Assembly: GCA_051942245.1 (NCBI GenBank)
Contig: JAVECL010000004.1
Coordinates: forward strand, 62,001 to 126,000
Direction: 5' to 3'
DNA from: Trypethelium eluteriae
Taxonomy: Eukaryota
DNA length: 64,000 bases
Shown: in pieces, positions 38,471-50,458 of the stretch
Layout: each line of letters opens with the position of its first letter
How positions within the stretch are numbered: position 1 is the stretch's first letter
The notes under the pieces: generated by a model
The model's input: the letters and a program-made list of their open reading frames with translations, nothing else
Database searches by the model: none
Told to the model about the DNA's origin: nothing
Translations under genes and position numbers: made by a program

Positions 38471-39298
38471 ATGCCTCTCGATGTTTCTACCTACTCTCTT
38501 GCTCTGCTCCGTCTTGATGGCCGCCGCTGGAACGAGCTTCGGCGCATCTACGCCCAAATCTCGATCCAAGCAGCTGCCGACGGATCTAGCTATCTTGAAA
38601 TGGGTAACACTAAAATACTATGCAGCGTTACAGGCCCCGAAGAGCAGAGGCGGATGGCAACAGGCGCACAGAGAAATGGAGCGGAGGTGGCAGTGGAGAT
38701 TAACTTTGCTGGCTTTAGTGGGCTAGAAAGGAAGAAGAGAGCAAAGGGTGACAAGTATGCAGAATCCTGTCACTTAGGCTCATAGGCACATGTTCCAGCT
38801 AAAACGACCCGGCTTCACAGACGCACTACAGAAATGCAATACATAATTGCCTCTACCTTCGCCAATACCCTCTCTGTCCATTTGTATCCGCACTCAACAA
38901 TTCAGATCACTCTACAAATCCTCGCTCAAGACGGCTCGCTTCTCGCCGCATGTTGTAATGCCGCGACTCTCGCACTACTAGACGCCGGTATCCCGATGTC
39001 CGACTACGTTACTGCCTGCACCGCTGGTAGCACTGCGTCATATGCATCCAATGATGAGGTGGCAGATCCACTACTCGACTTGAACAGCCAGGAGGAACAA
39101 GAGCTACCGTTTCTGACCGTGGGTACGTCTGGTCCGGGGGAAAAAGTCAGTCTATGTTTTATGGAGACAAAGGTTCAGATTGGGAGATTGGAGTCGATGC
39201 TAGCGGTCGGCGTAGATGGGTGCAAACAGATTCGACAAATTCTCGACGGAGTTGTAAAGGCGCATGGAAAACGAGTGCTGGAGGGTGGGATGACCTGA
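38471..39298 (+). CDS. RRP41: Exosome complex RNase PH-like subunit Rrp41/Ski6
   Basis: Contains LRLDGRRWNELRR, ADGSSYLEMGNTKILCSVTGP and LAQDGSLLAACCNAATLALLDAGIPM. Intron 38755-38820 (GTATGC...CACAG). Confidence 0.95.
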
Positions 39299-39401
39299 TA
39301 GATTTTGCGGATCTGGCAGGAGTCCCCCGCTGGACTTAGCCCTACAGCCGTTGGTAGTGGTGCATATTGTCGAAAGATTCATGCTGTCGAAAGCATCGAG
39401 T

Positions 39402-40289
39402 TCAGCCCCAGATCAAGTCAATGCGACGCCGGCGATCCCAAACGATTCCCGAAGTGGCTTTCTTTTTGAAGTGGACGATTTGATGTAATGGGATGAACTC
39501 GTCCTCCGTCGTCTCTACCTTCCAACTACCAAGTGGCATCTCCATGATGCCTATGAAGCGGTCCTCATAGCCAACAAGAAAGTCGTCAACGCTAAAATCA
39601 GGATCGTATCGAATACGGCTCATGACTTCTCTTTCCGTGCGAAACTTCTTGCTTGACTTGGCTACCATGCAAGTCTTTTCAGAGTCACTACCAGCTAGTC
39701 GAGCAAGATCACCGGTTATTTCTTCTTGGTCAGGGCTCTCGGAATGCAATGAGTGAGTTAGCCTTACAGCGTTGGCCGCATCTGCATGCTGAATCAGTTT
39801 TGGTGCTGTAGCATGAAATATTTCCCGCTCTTCAACAGCGGCAGCGTCCGAATTGATGTTGTCAAATAAGGCTGCCTCTTTCAGCGACATGGCATCTGCA
39901 GATAGCCATTCCTGGTGTTTGCGATCCACAAGGGGAGTTTCGTTTCGCTCGACCGTCCTGATATAGACTGAAAGCAAATGCAAATTATCTCTAATAATAG
40001 GCTGGGCTTTGAGATATGTCATATACTGATCAAGTATGCCGTCAATACTCTCGCTATCACTCTCGAAATGGATGATATAGAAGACACAGTAGAGGGGATC
40101 CAAATGGTTGCCTGCTCTGACACCACGATTTTGCCACAACAGGGGCTTCGAAGAGCATTGACACTCCAGTTTATATAAAAGAGGGACAAGGCGTGGCTCG
40201 AGCCATCGAAGTACAAGGCTTGCGAAAGAGAGTGCGTCGTCCTGGAAGCGGACTTCGATGAGGAGGTATCTCTCAAGTGGCGTAGCCAT
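39402..40289 (-). CDS. MJ1316/DUF504 (LENG9-type) domain protein with a poly(A) polymerase RNA-binding-domain-like N-terminus
   Basis: The C-terminal KFRTEREVMSRIRYDPDFSVDDFLVGYEDRFIGIMEMPL...DEFIPLHQIVHFKK...IVWDRRRRIDLIWG matches the DUF504 pattern (R..V..RI.WD, VGY.DRF.G, IP.HRI, VWDR). ATG at 40289 (MATPLERYLLIEV). Confidence 0.85.
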   Translation of the reverse strand: MATPLERYLLIEVRFQDDALSFASLVLRWLEPRLVPLLYKLECQCSSKPLLWQNRGVRAGNHLDPLYCVFYIIHFESDSESIDGILDQYMTYLKAQPIIRDNLHLLSVYIRTVERNETPLVDRKHQEWLSADAMSLKEAALFDNINSDAAAVEEREIFHATAPKLIQHADAANAVRLTHSLHSESPDQEEITGDLARLAGSDSEKTCMVAKSSKKFRTEREVMSRIRYDPDFSVDDFLVGYEDRFIGIMEMPLGSWKVETTEDEFIPLHQIVHFKKKATSGIVWDRRRRIDLIWG

Positions 40290-41466
40290 TTGCAGGATAA
40301 GAGTAGCTGAAGGATCAGAATTGGGAAGACTAGAGCAAATAAAAGCAAAAAAGAGGAGAGACAGAGAGAGGGGGGCTTTCAAACTTAAAAGTTTCACACG
40401 CCCGGTTGACTTCTCGTGAGTCACCGTGATGGGCAGTGCTGACCTGACACGAGTTTCGCGGGCAGGACCTTTATAGAGCATAGCCGCGGTGTTTGGTCCA
40501 ACGCAGCCAACCAACGTTTGCAAATCTTTACCTCTGAGGGAGCAAAAGATTCGCTGATGAGTCAATTGTCTTGCTTCAGCGGGGTGGGGTCCATGTGCTT
40601 TGCAATGAAGCTTGCTAAGGTATTTTTATTCTGAAGGTGTTTAAAGTCGGTGATACAACGCCTACTCTATTCGTGGATCAAAAGTACGATATCGGGTAAT
40701 AAATCAAAGAGATGAGGTGACTTCTAGAAGACTTCAGATTACCTTCCATTATACCAATCCTGGTTTCGGGCTCAGACCTTTGTTGGCCATATGGTGGATC
40801 TGGAGGTCGTATCGAAACTTCGGAGCCTTATAGGGTTCGGAAGGCAGGTAATTAAGGTATGCACGTAGGGTACAACGGAACCTGAAATTACCAACGAGCC
40901 TTGTGCGGTCACCGAGACCGAGAACGGACTGCATCCAGCCGCATCCCCTTCATTACAGCCTAAATGATGAAAAGCGCAACTTCCATCCGAGCCTCTCGTG
41001 CCTCTCCACCAAGTCAGCTAGGAATCAGATCAGCATCGAATTCGTGACAAAGCCGCTCCCCCAACGCCTTCCCCGCCCCTCCACTCCGCTGGTCTTAGCC
41101 TCCCGTCCGCCTTGATTCGAAACGTCCAAAGCCGGCATTGGCCGAAATTCTAACGGTGGACAAATCCTCCTCCTGGGACCATTCTTTACTAGGAAAGCGC
41201 AAATTACCCAAGGCAACTATTGCTCGCTGGAAAGAAGAGAAGTGCAACGTCTGAGGGCCGTGTCATTCGCCAACGCACTTCTTGCGACGTTGTTACGCCA
41301 CACTGAGAGAAAAGGGAGGGTATACGGAGTAAGATGGCTAAGATCGCATGATTCATCTGGTCCAAGGTGCCTGCCGGTGGTCCCTATCGCAACGGATCGC
41401 ACCGATTACTACGATAACAATCGATTGTCTTAAAGTGGGCAGTGAAGAAAGAAGCATTCACACACA

Positions 41467-44400
41467 ATGCGCCGTCAGAGTCGGCCTGGCGGCGCGCTTC
41501 TTGCGAATAAGCCTTCTCTGAGCCCTGTACCTGATTCCGTATCTCTCATACGAGCTTTTGACTCAGAATCGAACCCGACTCGTCCAGTACGACCCTCTCC
41601 TCTTACTGCATCTACAATACAAGGCATTCCCCTCGACCTACTTGATCGCCTACGATCCTTTCCGCTCTTCCAATCCGCGCCGGATTCCTTCTTGGCGGCA
41701 GTCGCGACGCATCTGCGACCCCAACTACACCAGCCTCATGACTACATTCTCACGGAGGGTGACGATGCGAAGGCCATGTATTGGTTGGTGCGAGGAGTCG
41801 TCAGGGTGACCTCTCGAGATGGCGAGAGTACTTTTGCTGAGCTTAAGCCAGGCGCCTTCTTTGGAGAGATTGGAGTTCTCATGGATATGCCACGCACGGC
41901 GACAATTGTTGCCAAGATGAAGTCTCTAGTGGTCAAGTTGAACAAGGAGGATTTGCAAAAGGTCCTACCCAAATATCCAGAGATTGAGCTCGCGATCAGA
42001 GATGAAGCCAAGGAAAGGCTTCATATCCTGGAGAGGAAGAAGAAGGAAAGCGGCATACGTCCTGCGACGAATTCTACTAAAGCTGGACAGACAAGCAGTA
42101 AGCGACCACGTGATAGGATGGCTGGTGATGTCGAGATGGGGGACGCAGGGATTTTGCGAGACGGCGAAATTCTGAGCAACAAGAGAAGGAAATCACCGAG
42201 TCCGGGCTTGGCTGAAACGGCAGCATCTAGTGCTTTTGGAAGTGGTCCACGGACGGTGCGACAGATTCTGAAGGAGTTGCCGCTTTTCTCTGGGCTGCCA
42301 CCACGCGACCTTCACTTCCTCGGGCTGAATGTCCAGCCACGAACCTATCCCCCATTTACTGATATTATCGAGCAAGAGTCGCAAGGGCGAGATGTATACT
42401 TTATTGTCAGTGGCGAGGTTGAAGTGGTTGCAGATCGCGGTCCGGTAGACAGCGCGGTCACGTCTCCCAAGCACGAGAACGGCCCCGGGAGGGCGAACAA
42501 TAGAAGACAGCAACGCGTTGTTGCTCGTTTGAAGACTGGGCAATACTTTGGAGAGGTCACCAGCTTGGCGTTGGCACCCCGGCGAACGGCGACAGTCCGA
42601 TCTATCGCTTCAGTTGAATGCCTGATGATCAGTGGTGACGTTTTGACTGAGCTTTGGGAACGATGTCCGCCAAATCTACGCCGCGAAGTCGAGCTCGAGG
42701 CGAGATCTCGTCTCAAAGCTTCCGATGATCTTGATATCCACATGCCAGATGCATTGGACGGCACGCCACCTATCAACGAGCTAGAGATTGCAGACGCAGG
42801 ATCGCGGATTCCAAAGAGACCAACGCCTCCCTTGGTTACAGTCTCAGAAAGCAGGATAGAGACATGGTCGAAGGAAGAAAAGCCCGTTGTTGAGCCCTTT
42901 GATCCGGACCCATTTCTTAATGCTGATCTGGATAACATTCGCTCCAAGTCGCGTCGAAGCTCAATAGCCCCTCCGACAGCGACGGTCGATAGCAACCAAC
43001 CCCAGGGAAATGATTCTCAAGCACAGCAAACAACAGTGCCATGGTCAACAATGGCCATGCCTTCATCGCCACTCAAACCACGGGTGAAACATCATCCGAG
43101 TACCTCACCAGATAACGAATCTCCTAAACGAACTAAAACACTTTCTCGACGACCTAGCCATTTCACGAAGGGAAGCCTTCCAGATACCGCCTTGATACAG
43201 ATATTTCAATACTTGGATCTCCATGACCTCATGTGCCTCCGACTTGTTTCTCCGCATTGGTTAAAATTACTCGCAAATTCACCGGATATTCTTCACCATC
43301 TCGACCTCACCAAATATAATCGCTTCGTTACCGATCAGACCCTCATTCACGCGATATGTCCATTTGTTGGACAACGACCTCGTACGGTAGATATCAGCAA
43401 TTGCTTTCACGTAACGGACGAGGGGTTCAGCGCTCTTGCATCGACATGTGGGGCCAATGTAAAATCCTGGAAGATGAAGAGCGTCTGGGATATTACAGGC
43501 CAAGCTGTTCTCGAGCTTGTCAATAAAGCCCATGAATTAGAGGAGATCGACCTCAGCAATTGTCGCAAAGTCGGAGATAATCTCCTTGCACGCGTCGTTG
43601 GCTGGGTTGTCCCAGAAATGCCGCACCATCAACAACATCAAATGAACGGCCGTCCACGGCGGGGACACACGAAGCATGCACAGCCACAGCAACAGATACC
43701 ACCTGGAACTGTCGTTGGCTGTCCGAGACTAACAAAGATTACACTTTCATATTGCAAACACATCACGGATCGCTCTATGGCGCACCTTGCCGTTCATGCC
43801 GCATCGCGCCTCGAGGAAATCGACTTGACCCGCTGCACCACTATCACGGACCAAGGCTTCCAGCACTGGAGCGTGTATCCATTTCCGCGATTGCACAGGT
43901 TATGTCTCGCCGATTGCACGTATTTAAGCGACCAGGCCATCATTTCACTCACGAACGCAGCGAGGGGTTTGAGGGAGCTGGATCTAGTGAGTCATTCCTC
44001 TTCTGTCTTCTATTATCTGGACTGATGTCATGCTGATTTACTATTGTGGTAGTCTTTCTGCTGTGCCCTGTCTGATACGGCTACCGAGGTGCTGTCGCTC
44101 GGCTGTCCTAACCTCACACATCTCAACCTCGCCTTCTGCGGATCCGCCGTCTCGGATGCCGCCCTTCGCTGCATTGGCCTTCACCTGCTTGAACTTAGAG
44201 AACTGTCAGTGCGTGGCTGCGTCCGCGTTACGGGAGTTGGGGTAGAAGCAGTCATTGATGGCTGCAACGACTTGGAAGCCTTTGACGTGAGCCAGTGTAA
44301 GAATCTAACAAGGTGGCTTGAAGCTGGCGGTGTTCAGCGGAAAGGGGGGGCAATCAAGTTTGAGACGGTGGCAGATGGGAAGTGGAGAGTTCATCGGTGA
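41467..44400 (+). CDS. Two cyclic-nucleotide-binding domains + F-box + leucine-rich repeats protein
   Basis: CNB1 GAFFGEIGVLMDMPRTATI, CNB2 GQYFGEVTSLALAPRRTATV, F-box LPDTALIQIFQYLDLHDLMCLRLVSPHW, and AMN1/Grr1-type LRRs. Intron 43987-44052. Confidence 0.92.
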
Positions 44401-45215
44401 CGGGTCGGTGAGTTCACGAATTGATGGACGTCGCTCCCTCGCATTCTTTTTCAAGGGATCGAGTCACGATTTCCGGCCTTTCGCTCTGCATTCGTAGGCG
44501 TTTAGTCATGTTTTTTCAATGTCGATCGCAAGATACCAAATTCTGTCGCTTTCGGAGTACAATGCATAGCGTGGTGTCGAAGATTATGGTTCAGTCGGGC
44601 GTCGAATTTTGGAAAAATAAAATCTAGTTATACCAAGGATTGTATTGCCTATCCTATAAGCTCGGGCAAATCGGACCGCTGAAGCAGCTTCTGAAAGCAT
44701 TACAAACTCACTGGATAGTCTAAATCGATCATGCTTTTGAAGTCACGAGTCCTGCATATGGATTTCACCCACCGCTAGAAAACGTATCCACTTAGTCCCG
44801 GGAATGCGATTGGAAGCAGGGTAGTGGTGCGTCGATTTGACACACCTTTAATATGAACTCATCTCAGCAGAAGGATGTACTGAGATAGATTCAACAGCAT
44901 CGGTTCACGGCCCGCAACTTGGAGTCCCCGAGCCCATAACATCTTCATCAACTTTCTTGAATAGAGCCTCGATAAAGACTATGATTTTTGTAGGGGAAAA
45001 GAAAAGGGCTTTCATCGGTCATATTTGGTCGTCCGTAGCTTTGGGCTTGCACGTAACTGCTGTTTCAATTTATACTTGATATACTCTACTGTTCAACGTG
45101 AAGTGGTTTGAGATTACGAACGGTCACAAAGACGCACCCATCTAAATTCTAGTATAACTCTCCTAGCATCTCAAGCTAAATACCTCTGCATCTATGTCTA
45201 TTTATCCGCCTGTCC

Positions 45216-46388
45216 TCATAGCTTCGCGTTCACATTGACTTCGTTTACCAAGGTATACCTGTACCTAGGTTTTCCTTCCTCAAAGTCGACTACTGCCTGA
45301 TTTGCTTCCTTTAACGGTCGCTCTTGAATCCAAGGCCTGACCTGCTTATCTGCCGCTAGCTTCAACATATCCTCAATCTCTTTTGGAGTCCCGATCGTCG
45401 ATCCCCCGATCTTAGCCCCCTTCTGGATCAAGGCAAAAGCGTTGAATCCAGGCATCCGATCTTCTGGAGCACCCACCTGGATGAACTGACCTCGAATCCG
45501 GAGCAATTGGAGGTATTTCTGCAACGGCATATTCGGGCTGGACACAGTACAGATAATAACGTCCAAACTTCGTGCATGCCGCTTGTTCCAGCCTTCGTCC
45601 TGATCAATGGCGATGAAATCATCTGCACCCATCTTCTTCGCATCCTCCATCTTGGCGTTGGTGCGCGATAGGGCAATGACCTTGTCACAGCCTAATGCCT
45701 TTGCCCAGAGAAGACCAAAGTGGCCAAGGCCCCCGATACCGATGATGCCAACGCGTTTGCCTGGACCTGCGCCATTATGGACAAGGGGGGCAAAAGTGGT
45801 AATCCCCTCACACAGCATTGGTGCAGCTTCAGCGCTAGGAATAACGCCTGGAATGGGGATCACAAAATGACCAGGACCGCGCCAGTAGTTTCCGTAACCA
45901 CCGTAGGTTTTCCCTATTACCTCCCCAGTATTCCGATTCTTGTATTGAGCATTGTAAGTAGGCGTCATATCGGCGCAGTAGCATTCGAGACCAGAGCTAC
46001 ACTCTTCGCAATCGGGTTTTAGACACGAGGACGATTGCGCCCCAACTCCGACGCGATCACCAACTTTAATGCCTTTTTCTACCTGGGAGCCGACGCGGAC
46101 GGCATGGCCAACGATTTCGTGACCGACACAGCAGGGGTACAGGGTTGGTCCCCAGCCAGAGCGGAGCTGGATAGATGGTCAATTTCTCATCTTCCATGGT
46201 TGGAGAAGGAAACGGTTACCCAGACGTACAGTGTGAATATCGGTACCACAGATACCGCAATGGGTAATGCGAATCTCGACATCGGTCTCTTCCCATTGTT
46301 TAGGCTCGTATGCTTGCCAGACCATTTTGCCTTGGCCAGCAGAAGGATCAAGGCCCATCCAGCCTTCGTACTTTGGTACAGTATGCAT
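45216..46388 (-). CDS. Zn-dependent NADP alcohol dehydrogenase (cinnamyl ADH / Adh6-Adh7-like) with C-terminal AKL
   Basis: HCGICGTDIHT/LRSGWG...GHEIVG, structural Zn cysteines SSCLKPDCEECSSGLECYC, and GIIGIGGLGHFG. One intron after DIHT. Ends VNAKL. Confidence 0.93.
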
Positions 46389-46989
46389 GCTGTATGGGTG
46401 AAGCCGGGAAGAGATCGAACGCGTTCAACTGTGGAGGTAAGTGAAAGGCAAGGCAATTCTTCTTCTTGGGAAGCTGGCGCTTCTTATCGCCTGGAATTAA
46501 AATCATGACGGAGATTATTTTGATCCACACGTGGTGGATTTTCGAAGTGTGAGAGTAACCCTGGTACCTTAGATATATGTACTACCTTACGGGCAGGAGC
46601 AACGTGATGGCGCGAAGGGAACCTACGAACTAGGTAGGCGTGGTAGGTAGGGGGGGGTACGAATTGCTCGACGTCACTGTCTTCGGGAAGCTGTGGGGAA
46701 TCACGGGAATGCACCGCCATGGAGTTTACGTCATTTGGCCCTTCCAGGAGCGTGCAGATGGATGCAGGCGGGTCGCATATTGGGAAGCCAGCCATTGGTC
46801 TGCCAAGTGGCAGCGGGCGACATGCACCACTCACAAGGCAGAAAGACACAGTGGCGCCAAGCCGCAATTGTCGCATTCCTCCTTGACCTGCTTTCCGTTC
46901 CGTATCAAGATTGCTCGACTTATCTCGTCATATTGTCTCTCCCAGGGTGGTTCCGACAGACCCTTCATCCCAGCCCTGTACTTCTCCTC

Positions 46990-48161
46990 ATGGCTGCCGC
47001 CTTTGCTGTACGATCGCTTTAAAGCTCCTAAGCATACTCTTCCGAAGCCCCATCGTTGACTCTCATCCGTAGGAACTTGGTTTCACGGCCTTCGACAAAA
47101 TCTCCGACCGCTATCACGACCAAATCTACGACAAGGCCGGCGAACTTCCCCGCAAAATCGTCAGAAAGAAGAAAACTACTACGCAGGGTCGCAAGCGTTC
47201 ATCTTCCCAGCCTGCTCGGCAAGAGGTGACCTACGACTACGACGAACAAGCGCCTGAACGATCGCGCGAGTTAAAAGAAGAAGACTGGGAGGGGGTAGAC
47301 GACCGCCGTGATCGTCGCCGTAGTCGTGAAGGCTATTTACCAAGAAAAGCTATGACCGAAACGCCATACGGTCGCAATGGGAGCACCGACGCTGGTTATG
47401 ACCAGCGCGGGCCCCCAGCTTACGACACTTACGGTGTTCCACCACAGGCAGCGCGTGGCGGTCCAGAGGTATTACATACTTCTTCCCTTCTTCCACTCCT
47501 GCAAATTCCCATCAAATCAGCCAGTCTTACGGATTCCTAGGAGTATGCGCGTGGCTATCAAGGCGAAATGCGCAACTATGATCCAGCCGTCGCGGCTGCT
47601 GCAGGTGGAGCCGCTGCCTACGCCAGCAACTATGCCCCCAACACTGGCCGCAGAGCACATGACGACTATTATCGGCGCGGCTCGGATGAGTACTCCTACT
47701 CAAACCCGGACCGACGGGATCCCTACGACAGGCGCTATGATGACCACAGCGGACGCCGTGACGAATCCGAACCATCGTACTCCTCGCGCCAGCGCGATCA
47801 ATCCCGCGGCCGTCGAGAGCGCAAAGCGAAGCGTGGCGAAGGTGAAAAGTCGCGTCCGCGTAGCCCCAGCGCATTCCGGAAAGTCATGGATGACAATTTC
47901 GACACATCGGAGAAGGGTGCAGCAGCGGGACTGGCGGGTGCGCTCGTGGGCGGCATCGCGGGCAAGAAGTTCGGCGATGACAGCATGTTGGCTACCATCG
48001 TTGGGGCTGCTGTGGGGGGTATTGGCGCAAATGCACTAGAATATCAGTGGAAGAAGCGGCAAGATCACAAAGAGGCAGGGCGGAGCAGGAAGGACGTATA
48101 TGCGTATGGTGGTGGGTACGACGACGGGAAATATGAGAGGAGGAGAAGACGGAGTCGGTAG
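46990..48161 (+). CDS. Hypothetical Arg/Asp/Tyr-rich protein with C-terminal glycine-zipper two-helix motif
   Basis: Exons 46990-47007 (MAAAFA), 47073-47468 and 47541-48161 join in frame. The C-terminal GAAAGLAGALVGGIAG...ATIVGAAVGGIGANAL is a glycine zipper. Confidence 0.75.
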
Positions 48162-48962
48162 AGAAAGATATCTGTTCAGGCTACGAATCTGGGCTTGTGC
48201 GAGGGGAGCGGATAGCGGAATTCCATATTTCCTAAGTAGGATCTACGAGATATGACTGGATCTCCTTCCCAGGTCCCCATAGTGGATCTGTACTATGTCC
48301 CTCTTTGATTCCTTTCGGGGTTATCACAGTCTCTTCCTCTATCGAAAGAAAAATCCGCGCATATACTCTATCTAATTACGACAATCACGATTTTCTTAGC
48401 ATTTTGCAGCACCATGGATTTTCTATTCGGGCCGTTTGGGAATCTTCAAACTTTTCACTTGTATCAGTTCAGCTGCTCTAAATTAATGAGGACATGCTAT
48501 GATCTATCGTTCTTCCGCAAACCAGGGCTTTGAAAACAACACATGGAAAAACATGGTCAGTTCAATGTGTTGGAAAAGAAACCCAGGGAGATGTTGCTGT
48601 ATTCTTCTAATTCAAGGATACCAGGGATATCACGATCAACGAAGCATATTCTTGCTTTATCAGTATCTATGATGTTTTGACGACCGTCGACTGTGTCTTA
48701 TCCAGTCTGATATTAGCTTCAAACACAGTGGCTAAAGAAGAGCAAACCGAAGTCGCACCAGCATTGAGGATCAGGGGATCATTCTACACGTCGTTGCCCC
48801 CTCGAAGCAGACATGAAGAGCTGGCGCCTGACGATAGGGATGCATCCCCATGAGCGAGATACATTCTCCAAGGTTTGGTTGACGAGTAGCCAAAATCGAG
48901 GATCCAAGATCGAAGATCCAAGATCGAAGGTCTTCGGAATCAATGATTGGCACCGACCGACT

Positions 48963-50458
48963 TCACGGTTTACGGGCGTACACAGCACGACTGTGACAAA
49001 GATTAGGTGCAAAGCTCGCTGCACATGTCAAGGAGAAAGCAAGGCTACAACTTACTACTCCTGCCAGACATGCGTTTTCCGATCCCTCAATTCCTTCCTC
49101 ACCTGCCCTAAAAAGTCTTGTACCTCCTCATAACTCCATTTCAATTGCCGTGTATACAATGCCATAACCCACCCCTCCATTCCTTCTTCCCAATTAAGCA
49201 AATTCCACCTTCCCAACTCTTTCAATTTTGGGTCCGAGCTCCAGGGTCCCAGAGGCCAGACGAAACGCTTTTCGACAACGTCTACAAAACCAGCGTCTCG
49301 GATCTTCGTGGCCATCTCCTCACAGATGCGCATCGTTTTGCCAAAGTGATCGGAGGCACTGTAGAAGGCGGCGGTCCAGCGGTGAAAGACGGAGCTGGTA
49401 GGAAGAGGGGGCCCGGTGCCTTGGATATGGACGGAGCATTCAAGCTGTTCAAGGTAGCCACCAGGAACGAGGTGGCTGGGGTGGTCCTGGTCAGTTGTTG
49501 ATAATGTTTCGTTCTAGTCGACTTGTGTGCAGGGAGGAGCTTTTCGCAACAGGAACAAGGGGTATGTGCGTAAACGGGGACAAGGGCGCCACGCACTCGT
49601 AACATTGCTTGTACAGTGCCGGCCAGTCCGGTATACTGGCCATTAAGACACGAATGTGAACAAAGTCAAAATGGTCTTTCGGGTATGTCCATTCACTAAC
49701 ACAATCGTCGACCTCGAAATGGACATTGGGGGGCTTATCTTCAGCTTGGATGGGCGAGAGGTCGGTTCCTTGCATGCTGTTAGGGCCAATTCCTTACTCC
49801 TCTATCGGATGACCATAATTGTAGGATTTACCTATGATTTCTGCGTTGGGAAATTTGTCGCCCATGTCTCTATGAAGTTGAAGTCAGCGCTCAGACTTGG
49901 AAATGGCTTCATATCTGTCTCACATGGCCCATATTCCAGTTCCAGTGCCAATATCGATGATTCGTTTCGGATTTTGGATCGGTGCTAAGTAGAGTTGATT
50001 ATCCAGAGTTAGAAGCATGAGATGGTGCCTGGAGGCAAAGTTTATTAGTACAAGGCTATTGAAGTTTTAGCTATTTTGTCGATTCGCCTACGTAAGAGCT
50101 TCGTGATCATTCGACTGCTCATCGTTGGGCTGCCAGTATTCTCCATCCCCTGCATTTCGTGAGCAAGAGCAGGCACAATGATTGCAGAGATAGACCAACG
50201 AAAAGCATGATACCGTCTGCCATTCTCATAACGATAGTGGGTAATGGTAGAGGCTAAGGTTCGTCCCCTCCGGAATTGTTAGCTACCTCTAAGGAAACGT
50301 GGCACCTTCCATACATACGAGATGAGACTTTCATGATCTGGCCGTCCATCAGCGTAGCGATCATCCTGCCATCACTCAGTAAAATGCACAGAGATTGGAA
50401 TAGTGGGGAATACAATTGGAATTTCCACACGTTCGTTAGAGTCCATAGCCGCCTTCAT
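48963..50458 (-). CDS. SAM-dependent methyltransferase (fungal LaeA-like/TAM-type family), ~8 introns
   Basis: Spliced motifs YRYENGRRYHAF, YWQPNDE, IIDIGTGTGIW, GTDLSPIQ, FDFVHIR, HLVPGGYLEQLE, WPLGPWSSDPKLKELG and AVYARKP*. The start at 50458 is tentative. Confidence 0.88.
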
